Of a stretch of DNA of 64,000 nt, positions 25,673 to 34,590 are shown in pieces. Made by a program: the position numbers and the translations under genes. Numbering within the stretch: position 1 is the first letter of the stretch; the number at the start of each line of letters is the position of its first letter. The stretch is taken from the NCBI GenBank assembly GCA_014191855.1, contig BJHF01000010.1, forward strand, positions 1,121 to 65,120, written 5' to 3'. The stretch is from Deltaproteobacteria bacterium. Lineage in GTDB: Bacteria > Myxococcota_A > UBA796 > SXON01. The notes beneath the pieces are model-generated. The model did no database searches and was not told the origin of the DNA. It was given only the letters and a program-made list of their open reading frames with translations.

Positions 25673-27877
25673 ATGTTCGGCACCCTCCTGGCCCTCGTGA
25701 GCGGCTGCACCTTGTTGTCCGAAGGCGACTGGGCGCAGCGCCTCGATCCCGATCACGACGGCGTGAAGTTCCCGTATGACTGCGACGATCGGGATGCGAC
25801 GGTGGGCGAGGAGGTGTTGGTGTACCTGGACGAAGACCGGGATGGCCACGGCACCGAAGCGTCGGGAACGGAGGTTGCGGCCAACAAGTGCCCGGGCACG
25901 CGAGGCTGGGCGGTGGAGCGGGGCGATTGTGACGACGCGAACGCCGTGATGAACACCGACGAGGTGGAGGTGTGCGATGGCTTCGACAACAATTGCGACG
26001 GTGAAGTCGACGATGGCTTGTTGTTCGTCGCCTATTACCTCGACGCGGATGGTGATGGTTTCGGGGTAAACAGCACGATCGAGATGGTGTGTAGCCCACT
26101 CGAGGGCTACGTCACGAGCAAGGGCGATTGCGACGACACCGATGCGCGCCGCGGCCCCGGCTTTGTCGAGGTTTGCGATGGGGTGGACAACGACTGCGAC
26201 GGTCGGATCGACGAGGGCCTGCTCGTCACCACGGCTCGCGACTTCGACGGGGACGGCTACGGCGACCCCGGGCTCACGGAGGAGCTGTGCACCGTCCCCG
26301 CCGGGTATGGAGAGCCGAGCGATTGTGACGACGGGGACCCTGCGGTGTACCCGGGCGCGCCCGAGGACTGTGAGAATGGGATCGACGAGGGCTGTCGAGG
26401 CTTCGATGAAACCGACACCATGTACCCGGACAACGACTCCGATGGATACGGGGTGACCGAGCTCGGCCAGCCCGCGTGTCCGGAACGTCCAGACTGGTCG
26501 CTCAGGGACGGCGACTGTGACGACAACAACTCGGCGATCAGCCCGGGTAAAGGAGAAGTGTGCCCCGATGGGATCGATAATGACTGCGATGGCACGATCG
26601 ACGGCGTAGACCAGTGGCAGGATCGGGACAAGGACGGCGCGGGGGACCCCGCGAGCTTCAAGAACGCCTGCTCGCTCTCCAGCGGGTGGACGACCAACGA
26701 TTTCGACTGCAACGACAGCAGCAGCGCGGCGCCCCGCTACGTCGCAACCACCGGTGTGGCTGGGGCTACCGGGACGGCGGCCGATCCGTACCCCACGATC
26801 GCGGCTGGACTGACGGGCGGGTCTGCGTGCCTGGTGCTGGCTCCCGGAACCTATGCCGAATCGCTGCAGCCGACCCACGACGTCGAGCTGTGGGGCGCCG
26901 GCGAGCTGGATGAGACCGTCCTGGCCGGCGACGGCGGAGTTTGCGCTGGCGGAGACTGGACCGCGTGCCGCGCTACCCTCGCGGTGAGCGGCGTCGACGT
27001 CACGCTGATGGACCTGACCGTGCAGGGTGGCACCGGAAGGGGGTCGGTAACGACAGAACCTGGGTTTGAAGACCAGTTTGTGTGTGGCGGCGGCGTGTAC
27101 ATCGACTCCGGCAGTGTCACGATGGAGCGCGTTGTGGTGCAGGCCGCCGTGCTCCCGGAGACCGAGACTGGGACGACGTCGGCGGGGGACGCCTATTCGC
27201 TCACGAGCGGCGGCGGCGGGCTGTGCGCGCTTGGTGGGGACGTGCAATTGACCGATACCGTCTTTGATGGGAACAGCGCGGAGCTTGGAGGCGGCGTGTA
27301 TTTCGACGGCGGCGGGTCGCTCGTCGCGCGCCGTGTGGCCTTCACCGAAAACGCCGCAACCCAGGGCGGCGCCGCGTGGCTGGGCGAGGGCTCGATGCGG
27401 TTCAACCAGGTTCGCGCATGGTGCAACGGGGCCACGGCCGGCGGCGGCGCCTACTTTGTAGGCAGCGCGTTCGCCAACGTTTCCTTCGACTACGCCGATT
27501 TTGCCTGGAACACGGCGGGGGGCGATGCCACCGAGCTCTGGGCCGAGGCCGGCTCGGTGGTGGACCTCGGCAGCGTCATCGTGGTGGGCTCCACACCGGA
27601 CATCCCCGCGCTCGACGGCGAAGGCAGTGTTCGCGCCCGTTATTCCGTGGGGTCCGAGGTGGCGGGCACCACCTTCGAGCAGGTGTGGTACGACTCGACC
27701 GTGATCACGACGGCCGACGAGTTGTTCACGCCCTCTTGCGACGGCGACCGTACGAACGACAGCTTCGTCCTCCCTGCGGGCTCCATCGCCATCGACGCGG
27801 GAGATGTGGCCGACCTCGACGCGGATGGATCCCGCGCCGACGCCGGGAGCAACGGCGGCCCAACCGGTGCCTGGTGA
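25673..27877 (+). CDS. Lipoprotein: ~4 MopE-like repeats plus Pmp-like right-handed beta-helix
   Basis: 734 aa with lipobox LALVSGC. Repeat modules are NCDGEVDDG, DCDGRIDEG and DCDGTIDGV. The C-terminal half has GGGVY/GGGAY...F.xN repeats typical of polymorphic-outer-membrane-protein/PbH1 beta-helices. Confidence 0.85.
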   Translation: MFGTLLALVSGCTLLSEGDWAQRLDPDHDGVKFPYDCDDRDATVGEEVLVYLDEDRDGHGTEASGTEVAANKCPGTRGWAVERGDCDDANAVMNTDEVEVCDGFDNNCDGEVDDGLLFVAYYLDADGDGFGVNSTIEMVCSPLEGYVTSKGDCDDTDARRGPGFVEVCDGVDNDCDGRIDEGLLVTTARDFDGDGYGDPGLTEELCTVPAGYGEPSDCDDGDPAVYPGAPEDCENGIDEGCRGFDETDTMYPDNDSDGYGVTELGQPACPERPDWSLRDGDCDDNNSAISPGKGEVCPDGIDNDCDGTIDGVDQWQDRDKDGAGDPASFKNACSLSSGWTTNDFDCNDSSSAAPRYVATTGVAGATGTAADPYPTIAAGLTGGSACLVLAPGTYAESLQPTHDVELWGAGELDETVLAGDGGVCAGGDWTACRATLAVSGVDVTLMDLTVQGGTGRGSVTTEPGFEDQFVCGGGVYIDSGSVTMERVVVQAAVLPETETGTTSAGDAYSLTSGGGGLCALGGDVQLTDTVFDGNSAELGGGVYFDGGGSLVARRVAFTENAATQGGAAWLGEGSMRFNQVRAWCNGATAGGGAYFVGSAFANVSFDYADFAWNTAGGDATELWAEAGSVVDLGSVIVVGSTPDIPALDGEGSVRARYSVGSEVAGTTFEQVWYDSTVITTADELFTPSCDGDRTNDSFVLPAGSIAIDAGDVADLDADGSRADAGSNGGPTGAW

Positions 27878-28644
27878 TCCTTCCCCTCATCGCCGGCATC
27901 GCCGCGGCCGCGTGTGACATTGTACCTGCCCCCGAGGAATTCGCGAGCCTGGTCCTACGTGCTGCGAGAGATGCGGAGGCGGCGCGCGAGGCTCGAGCGC
28001 AGCTCCCTTGTATCGGACTTGCGTTGTCGACTGCGGATGCGGCTCTGTACCATCGGGCGATGGCGGCTGATGCCTGGGCGCGGGGCGCCGACGTTGAGGC
28101 GATGGCCGAGATGCGCTCCGCTCGGGCCGCCGCCCCCGACTGGCGCCCGCCCCCCAAGCTTATTCCGCTTTGGGAGGCGGCGAAGCCTGATGCGTTGGCG
28201 CCGTCGCTCCCCTGGGACGGACTGGTGGATGGGGAGTCCGGTAAGGTGTACCTGGATCGGGCCGCGATCCTCCAGCGCTTCATCCGCGGCGAATGGGAAA
28301 CGCGCTATATGCTCCCCCTCGGCGGCGCGGGCCAGGAGCTGCCGCCTGCGCCCGACCGGAAGCTTGCGTTGTTGGCCCCGGCCGGCGTTCGCGGGCGGCC
28401 GGGCCCGGCGGTGGGGGGCCTCGTCGCGGGAATCGGGCTCACGGTAACCGGCGCGGTGGCGTTCGGGCTGAGCGTGGCCTGGAACGCCGAGTTCAAGGAT
28501 CTGGACAACCCCCGCGTGCGGGACACCGAGGACCTGGCGGAGCTGGGGAACCGTACGAATGCGGCGGCGATCTCGGCTTGGGTGTTCACGGGCGCGGGGG
28601 CGATTTGCGTCGGGGCTTCATTGGTGCATGTGGAGTTTCAGTAG
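27874..28644 (+). CDS. Hypothetical lipoprotein/membrane protein coupled to the beta-helix lipoprotein
   Basis: Track ORF trimmed to the GTG at 27874, which overlaps the upstream stop (GTGA). N-terminus ILPLIAGIAAAAC, and two C-terminal hydrophobic segments. Confidence 0.55.
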   Translation: MILPLIAGIAAAACDIVPAPEEFASLVLRAARDAEAAREARAQLPCIGLALSTADAALYHRAMAADAWARGADVEAMAEMRSARAAAPDWRPPPKLIPLWEAAKPDALAPSLPWDGLVDGESGKVYLDRAAILQRFIRGEWETRYMLPLGGAGQELPPAPDRKLALLAPAGVRGRPGPAVGGLVAGIGLTVTGAVAFGLSVAWNAEFKDLDNPRVRDTEDLAELGNRTNAAAISAWVFTGAGAICVGASLVHVEFQ

Positions 28645-28656
28645 CGCGCCGCGCCC

Positions 28657-29553
28657 CTACAACAACGATCGTGGCACCGTGAATGTGAACGTGCTCGGGT
28701 CCGAACGTGGTGCCGGCGAGGCGCCTCCACCCTCCCCCAGCGCATCGCCGAGCATGGCGCGCAGCGCCGCGATCGTGGGCGGCCGTCGCTCGCGATCCGG
28801 CTCCAGGCACGCACGGATGGCGGCCGCGCAGGCCGGTGGCAGGTTGGGGATACGCTGTTCGGGAGGTGCATATTGGCCGCGGGCGGCCCGGGTGTAGATG
28901 GTGCGCACCCCCCCATGGAAGGGCGGTGTGCCGCACAGCATCCGATAAAGCACACAGCCCAGGGAAAAGATGTCGGCGCGAACATCGGCGTGCTTGGCGT
29001 CGCTCATCTGCTCCGGCGCCATGTAGCCGGGCGTGCCCATGCCGCTGGACGAGCGGGTGAGTTGGTGCGCTTCGGCATGCTCGCCGAGCACCTTCACGAT
29101 TCCGAAGTCGGCGACCTTGGCGAGCCAACGACCGTCCACCTGGGCAACCAGCACGTTCGCCGGCTTCACGTCGCGGTGCACCATGTTGAGTGCGTGGGCC
29201 GCCTGAACCCCCGCGCACACGTCCGTGAAAATCCGATCGGCGGTATTCCAGGGCAACGAGCCGCGCCGGAGGAGCTGGTTCAGGCCGGAGCCGTCGACGA
29301 ACTCCATGACGAGGCCGGGCAAACCAGCCACATCCACGAAGTCCGTTACCGCCACGACGTTCGGGTGGCGAAGCTGGGCCTGCGCCCGGGCCTCGCGCGC
29401 GAATCGCTCCACCGCGCCAGGCGATTCCACGACCTTCAGCGCGTGTGTGCTCCCGAGGTGGGTATGTTCGACCCGGTACACCCGGGCCATCGCGCCCGAG
29501 CCCACGAGGGCGCTCACGACGTACCGCTCGATCACCGCGCCGGGTTCAAGCAT
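28657..29553 (-). CDS. Ser/Thr protein kinase, kinase domain only
   Basis: 298 aa from the ATG at 29553. Motifs GSGAMARVY, HALKVV, HRDVKPANVL, DFG and GTPGYMAPE are all present. No TM or sensor domain. Confidence 0.9.
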   Translation of the reverse strand: MLEPGAVIERYVVSALVGSGAMARVYRVEHTHLGSTHALKVVESPGAVERFAREARAQAQLRHPNVVAVTDFVDVAGLPGLVMEFVDGSGLNQLLRRGSLPWNTADRIFTDVCAGVQAAHALNMVHRDVKPANVLVAQVDGRWLAKVADFGIVKVLGEHAEAHQLTRSSSGMGTPGYMAPEQMSDAKHADVRADIFSLGCVLYRMLCGTPPFHGGVRTIYTRAARGQYAPPEQRIPNLPPACAAAIRACLEPDRERRPPTIAALRAMLGDALGEGGGASPAPRSDPSTFTFTVPRSLL

Positions 29554-30397
29554 GGTCGCCGAGCGGGGCCGCGGCCCGTGTCGTTGGCCTACCCGGCGAT
29601 TGCCACATGGGCTCGTGATCAAGCGCCTGCATGGCGGCCGCTGCGGACTGCAGGCGGGCCGCGGGATCGATAACCAGCAGGTGATCCACCACGGCCGCGA
29701 GCGCGGGATTCACGTGGGGGGCCGCCTCGATCAGCCGGGGAGCCGGCGGCGTGCGGCGCTCCAGGACACGGGGCCAGAAGCTGTCATCCGGAAAAGGGGG
29801 CCGCCCGGACACGGCTTCAAACACCATGACGCCGAGGGCGTAGAGGTCGGCCCGCGCGTCGGGCGGCGCGCCGAGCACTTGCTCCGGCGAAAGATACCGG
29901 GGGGTACCGGCCAGATCGGCGCCGACTTCGCAGGCCGCCAGATCCTGCGTTGCGTCGCGGGAAAGGCCGAAGTCGAGCAGCGTGACTCGGCCATCTTCGC
30001 TGACGAGGACGTTGCTCGGTTTGATGTCTCCATGCACGATCCCCGCGGCGTGAACCCGCGCGAGCACGGCCAACAACGCCAGGGTGCAGTGGGTGAGATC
30101 CTGACCGGTTGGGCTGCGATGGCGCCCGGGAAACGGGGTGCCATCTACCAGCTCCAGCACCAGAAAGGGCTCGGCAGCGTGTGTGCCCACCTCGAGCAGC
30201 CGCACCACCCCTTCCATCTGCAAGCGGTGCAGCGCATAAACTTCTCGGCGTACATGGGCGATATGGTGCGCTGAGGTGGTAGACAGCAGCTTGAGCGCGA
30301 CGAGGCGACCCGTGACCTTGTCCATGGCCCGCCACACGCGCCCACCAGCGCCACACGCGAGCAGGTCCAGAAGGACCCATCGGTCGTCAATCGTCAT
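29546..30397 (-). CDS. Ser/Thr protein kinase, kinase domain only (HGD variant)
   Basis: 283 aa from the ATG at 30397; the long upstream part of the track ORF is antisense shadow. Motifs GAGGRVW, VALKLL, HGDIKPSNVL, DFG and GTPRYLSPE. The stop overlaps the start of the next kinase by 8 nt. Confidence 0.85.
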   Translation of the reverse strand: MTIDDRWVLLDLLACGAGGRVWRAMDKVTGRLVALKLLSTTSAHHIAHVRREVYALHRLQMEGVVRLLEVGTHAAEPFLVLELVDGTPFPGRHRSPTGQDLTHCTLALLAVLARVHAAGIVHGDIKPSNVLVSEDGRVTLLDFGLSRDATQDLAACEVGADLAGTPRYLSPEQVLGAPPDARADLYALGVMVFEAVSGRPPFPDDSFWPRVLERRTPPAPRLIEAAPHVNPALAAVVDHLLVIDPAARLQSAAAAMQALDHEPMWQSPGRPTTRAAAPLGDHA

Positions 30398-30502
30398 TCG
30401 ATCCCACGCTGGAACTGAGTGTAAACACCGGGGAGCGAAGGAGGAAGGTGGTGCTGGCTCCGGAGGCCGCCCGGGGGTATCCTGGCGCGCCACCGGACTC
30501 CG

Positions 30503-33500
30503 ATGAAACCGCCTGTCCCTCCCTCGATCCTCCTCGTTTCCCTGCTGGTTCTCGCCGGCTGCCCCGGCGGCGGGGGCGCCGACACCAAGGTGCCCGATCA
30601 TGACTCCGGGGTGACGAGCGACGCGGATGCCGACGGGTACACGGCCGATGCCGGTGATTGCGACGACCACGAAGACAGCGTGTTTCCGGGCGCGGTGGAG
30701 CTGTGCAACGGCGTAGACGACAATTGCGATGGCGCGATCGACGAGGGTGTAACCTCGAGATTCTACGCGGATGTTGACGGCGACGGCTTTGGCTCCACCA
30801 CCGACTTCACGGAGGCTTGCTCTGGCCCGGTGGGCTTCGTTGAGCGCGGGACCGATTGCGACGACGGCAATGCGGCTGTGTACCCGGGCGCGGAGGACGT
30901 GTGCGACGACGTGGACAACGACTGCGACGGGGACGTTGACGAGGATGGCCTCACGACGTTCTACGTCGACGCGGACCGCGACGGCTACGGAGACCCTGCC
31001 GCGCCGAAAGAGGCGTGTGCGGGCTCTCCGGGCGTCGTGGCGGACGGCCGCGATTGCGACGACGACGACGCGACCAGCTACCCGAGCGCACGTGAACTGT
31101 GCGACGGCGCGGACAACGACTGCGACGGCGAGATCGACGAAGAAACCGGCCTCGATCAAGACTGGTTTCAGGATCGCGACGAGGATGGTTTCGGGGACCC
31201 GGCGCGGAGTGTGAGCGCTTGCGCGCCGCCGGACGGTTACGTTGAGCAGGGAACGGATTGCGACGATCTGGCCGCGGAGACGTGGCCGGGCGCCGAGGAG
31301 GTGTGCGACAGAGCGGACAACGACTGTGATGGCGAGCTCGACGACGGCGCGGTGGACGCCCTCGCCTGGTACGCCGACGCCGACGCCGATACATTTGGCG
31401 ATGTGTCGGTTGTGTCATGGGCGTGCACAGCGCCGATCGGCAGTGTCGCAGACGCCGGCGACTGCGACGACGCGAACCCCTCAGTCTCCCCGGCGGCGGC
31501 CGAGCTGTGCGACGGTATCGACAACAATTGTGATGGTTCAACGGATGACTCAAGCGCGGCCGACGCGGCGGTCTGGTACGCGGATGGGGATGGGGACGGG
31601 TTTGGGGATGCCACCAGCTCCGCCACGTCCTGCGCCCAACCGGCCGGCTGGCTCGCCGACTCAACCGACTGCGACGACACCTCGGCCGCCGTAAGTCCGG
31701 CTTCGGCCGAGCTGTGCAACGGTGCCGACGACGACTGTGACGGGGACACCGACGAGGACTCGGCCACCGACGCGCCCACCTGGTACCAGGACCGCGATGG
31801 CGACGGCTACGGGGACGCAGCCCGTACCGACATCGCGTGCAGCGCGCCGGCGGACTACGTCGCGGCGGGGACCGATTGCGACGATCTGGCCGCGGAGAGC
31901 TGGCCCGGCGCCGATGAGCTCTGCGATGGGGACGACAACGACTGTGACGGCACGGTGGATGAAGACGCCATCGACGCGCTGGAGTGGTACGCGGATACGG
32001 ACGGGGACGGGTTCGGCGATGCGGCGAGTGTGTCGCTCTCCTGTTCCGCGGTGGCGGGGAGCGTGGCAGACGCTTCGGATTGCGACGACACGGACGCAGG
32101 GGTCAGCCCCGATGCGCTGGAATTATGTAATGGTGTGGACGATAACTGTGATGGGGCCACCGACGAAGCCACCGCGCTGGACGCTGGAACCTGGTACGCC
32201 GACGCAGATGCCGATGGGTATGGCGAAGCAGCAACCTCCGTCGTGGATTGCAGCGCTCCGGCGGGCTGGCTCGCGGATGCCTCCGACTGCGACGACACCG
32301 CGGCCGACGTGAACCCGGGCGCGCTGGAGCTGTGCAACCTGATCGACGACGATTGCGACGGCGTGCTCGACGAGGACGACGCCATCGACGCGGCGACGTG
32401 GTACGCGGATCGGGACAGCGACGGGTACGGCGACGCGGCGCTCGGGGTGCCGGCCTGCTCCCAACCCCTGGCGTACGTGGCGGATGATACGGACTGCGAC
32501 GACCTCGACTCCGGCAGCTACCCCGGCGGCCTGGAAGTGTGCGATGGCGCCGACAACGACTGCAACGGGACCGCCGACGACGCCGCGTTGGACGCCTCGA
32601 CCTGGTATGCGGATGCGGATGGCGACGGCTACGGGGATGCTGCCGTGACCACGGATGCTTGCGATGCGCCCGCCGACATGGTGGGTGATGCCACGGATTG
32701 CGACGATGCAGACTCAAGTAGCCACCCGGGCGGGACCGAGGTGTGCGATGGCGCGGACAATGACTGCGACACGACGATCGACGAAGCTGGCGCGGTTGGG
32801 GAGCTCGACTGGTATGTGGACGGTGACGCCGATGGCTACGGCGATGAGGCCGACGCGCCGACCGTCGCCTGCGACGCGCCCGCGGGCACCGTCGCTGACA
32901 ACACCGACTGCGACGACGCCACGAGCGACGTGAACCCCGGCGAAACGGAGTACTGCGACGGCACCGACAACGATTGCGACGGCTCTGAGGATGGCACGGT
33001 CACCTTCACTGATACATCTGGCACGGTGTCGGATGTATCCGCGGCGTGGGGCGCGGGTACTCGAGCGTCGCCGGCCGGGATCACGACCAGCACGAGCGGC
33101 ACCTATGACCTGTGCGATGGCACCTACTACGTCGAGTTCACCACGTCGGCCGTGGATGTCACGCTCGAGGGGTTCAACGGATCAGCGTACACCGAGCTCA
33201 ACGCGAACGGGTCGGGGCGCGTGGTGTGGGCGACGGGCGGCGTTTCGCTCGTGGGCCTCACCCTCGCCGACGGGTATGCCGTCGGCACCGGGGGCACGCT
33301 GTTTGTGTCGGGCGGCGACGCCGTTCTCGACGATGTGATCGTCAGCGACGGCGCCGCGTCGAAGGGTGCCAACATTGGCTGCTCCTCGTGCACCCTGGAC
33401 CTTACCGACGTGACGGTGGAGAACGGGGCCGGTACGAGCGGTGGCGGCGTCTTCGTTACCGCGGGCACCGTGACCGGCAACACCGTCGTGGTATCGGGCA

Positions 33501-34012
33501 ACAGCGCGGCTTCGGGGGCGGGGATGTACTTCAGCAGCTCAAGCACCGGCACGTTCACGGGGCTCGACCTCTCCAGCAACACCGCAACCGGCAACGGCGC
33601 GGGCCTCTACCAGAGCGGCGGAACGGTGACGCTCACCCGGTCCTCCATCACGAGCAACTCCGGCGCGGACTACGGCGGGGGCGTGTACCTTTCGGCCGGA
33701 ACGTTCCGGATGACGACCTCCAACATCGACTCGAACGACGCGGCTGTTTTGGGTGGTGGCGCCTACCTTACAGGCGCTGCGAACCTGTATTGCACGGGCA
33801 GCAGCACCACCAACGCGGGGATCTGGGGCAACACTGCCCTCGTGGCCGGCGGCGCCTACCTCGCCACGACGACCGCCTACCTCAGCTCCACCACCTGCGA
33901 TTGGACGGCCTCGTCCGACAACTCGCTCTACGACATCGTCACCTCGTTGCTGAACATCTACAACAAGGGGAACAACGCGTCGTTCACGTGCACCGGCGGC
34001 TCCTGCACCTGA
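30503..34012 (+). CDS. Lipoprotein: ~12 MopE-like repeats plus Pmp-like beta-helix
   Basis: 1169 aa with lipobox LLVLAGC. There are 12 [DN]CD[GT]xxD[DE] modules. The C-terminal ~340 aa has GGGVF/GAGMY/GGGVY/GGGAY repeats with SxN turns. Confidence 0.9.
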   Translation: MKPPVPPSILLVSLLVLAGCPGGGGADTKVPDHDSGVTSDADADGYTADAGDCDDHEDSVFPGAVELCNGVDDNCDGAIDEGVTSRFYADVDGDGFGSTTDFTEACSGPVGFVERGTDCDDGNAAVYPGAEDVCDDVDNDCDGDVDEDGLTTFYVDADRDGYGDPAAPKEACAGSPGVVADGRDCDDDDATSYPSARELCDGADNDCDGEIDEETGLDQDWFQDRDEDGFGDPARSVSACAPPDGYVEQGTDCDDLAAETWPGAEEVCDRADNDCDGELDDGAVDALAWYADADADTFGDVSVVSWACTAPIGSVADAGDCDDANPSVSPAAAELCDGIDNNCDGSTDDSSAADAAVWYADGDGDGFGDATSSATSCAQPAGWLADSTDCDDTSAAVSPASAELCNGADDDCDGDTDEDSATDAPTWYQDRDGDGYGDAARTDIACSAPADYVAAGTDCDDLAAESWPGADELCDGDDNDCDGTVDEDAIDALEWYADTDGDGFGDAASVSLSCSAVAGSVADASDCDDTDAGVSPDALELCNGVDDNCDGATDEATALDAGTWYADADADGYGEAATSVVDCSAPAGWLADASDCDDTAADVNPGALELCNLIDDDCDGVLDEDDAIDAATWYADRDSDGYGDAALGVPACSQPLAYVADDTDCDDLDSGSYPGGLEVCDGADNDCNGTADDAALDASTWYADADGDGYGDAAVTTDACDAPADMVGDATDCDDADSSSHPGGTEVCDGADNDCDTTIDEAGAVGELDWYVDGDADGYGDEADAPTVACDAPAGTVADNTDCDDATSDVNPGETEYCDGTDNDCDGSEDGTVTFTDTSGTVSDVSAAWGAGTRASPAGITTSTSGTYDLCDGTYYVEFTTSAVDVTLEGFNGSAYTELNANGSGRVVWATGGVSLVGLTLADGYAVGTGGTLFVSGGDAVLDDVIVSDGAASKGANIGCSSCTLDLTDVTVENGAGTSGGGVFVTAGTVTGNTVVVSGNSAASGAGMYFSSSSTGTFTGLDLSSNTATGNGAGLYQSGGTVTLTRSSITSNSGADYGGGVYLSAGTFRMTTSNIDSNDAAVLGGGAYLTGAANLYCTGSSTTNAGIWGNTALVAGGAYLATTTAYLSSTTCDWTASSDNSLYDIVTSLLNIYNKGNNASFTCTGGSCT
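30620..33000 (+). repeat. Coding tandem array of MopE-like repeats (12 units)
   Basis: The repeat grammar is the same as at 7014-9320. The units are imperfect and in frame. Confidence 0.85.
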
Positions 34013-34590
34013 TGGGTCGCCGCGGGCTACCGGTTCTGCACACCGCGCGCCTCGTGCTGAGGCCTTGGCGCGAGCGCGATCGTGCGCCCTTCGCCGCCAT
34101 CAACGCGGATCCCGAGGTGATGGAGTTTTTCCCGTCCACCCTCACGCGCCCCGAGTCGGACTCGATGGTCGATGTGTTCCGCGCCAATGCCAAGCGGCGC
34201 GGCTTCGGCATGTTCGCCGTCGAAGAGCGTGAAACGGGCACCTTCCTCGGCATGGCGGGGCTGACGTTGCCGGACGAGGAGGCGCCGTTCATGCCCGCCG
34301 TCGAGATCGGCTGGCGCTTCGCCCGCTCGGCGTGGGGTCGGGGTTTTGCGACAGAGGCGGCGAGGGAAGTTTTGACTTGGGCGCTCCACGGGCTGCTTCT
34401 TCCCCGCGTCGTGTCGTTCACGGTCTACGAAAATAAACGTTCGTGGCGGGTGATGGAGCGCATCGGGCTGGCGCACATCGACGATACAGGCCGGCCCGTC
34501 GCCGCGGCGAGCCGGGGCCAGCATGCGCACCTCTTGTATGCCGTAGACCGGGCGGCGCTTCCCGCGGCTATGCCATCGCCGCGTCGGTGA
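34012..34590 (+). CDS. GNAT family N-acetyltransferase (RimJ/RimL-like)
   Basis: The ATG at 34012 overlaps the upstream stop (TGATG). LHTARLVLRPWRERDRAPFAAINADPEVMEFF and GWRFARSAWGRGFATEAAREVLTWA fit the Acetyltransf_3 pattern. Confidence 0.8.
   Translation: MGRRGLPVLHTARLVLRPWRERDRAPFAAINADPEVMEFFPSTLTRPESDSMVDVFRANAKRRGFGMFAVEERETGTFLGMAGLTLPDEEAPFMPAVEIGWRFARSAWGRGFATEAAREVLTWALHGLLLPRVVSFTVYENKRSWRVMERIGLAHIDDTGRPVAAASRGQHAHLLYAVDRAALPAAMPSPRR

Noticed and set aside
22881-27247. Long minus-strand ORFs 22881..24434 and 24941..27247.
   Set aside because: They are antisense or out of frame relative to well-supported genes (TSP3, VWA, MopE/beta-helix). Their products are Arg/His/Val-rich with no motifs.
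30398-31159. N-terminal 254-aa extension of the second kinase ORF (track 29546..31159).
   Set aside because: The extension is antisense to the 30503 lipoprotein gene and has shadow-type composition. The kinase domain begins at the ATG at 30397.
33112-34011. Upstream 300 codons of track ORF 33112..34590.
   Set aside because: This part is out of frame within the 30503..34012 lipoprotein gene. Only the final 579 nt, from the ATG at 34012, encode the GNAT protein.
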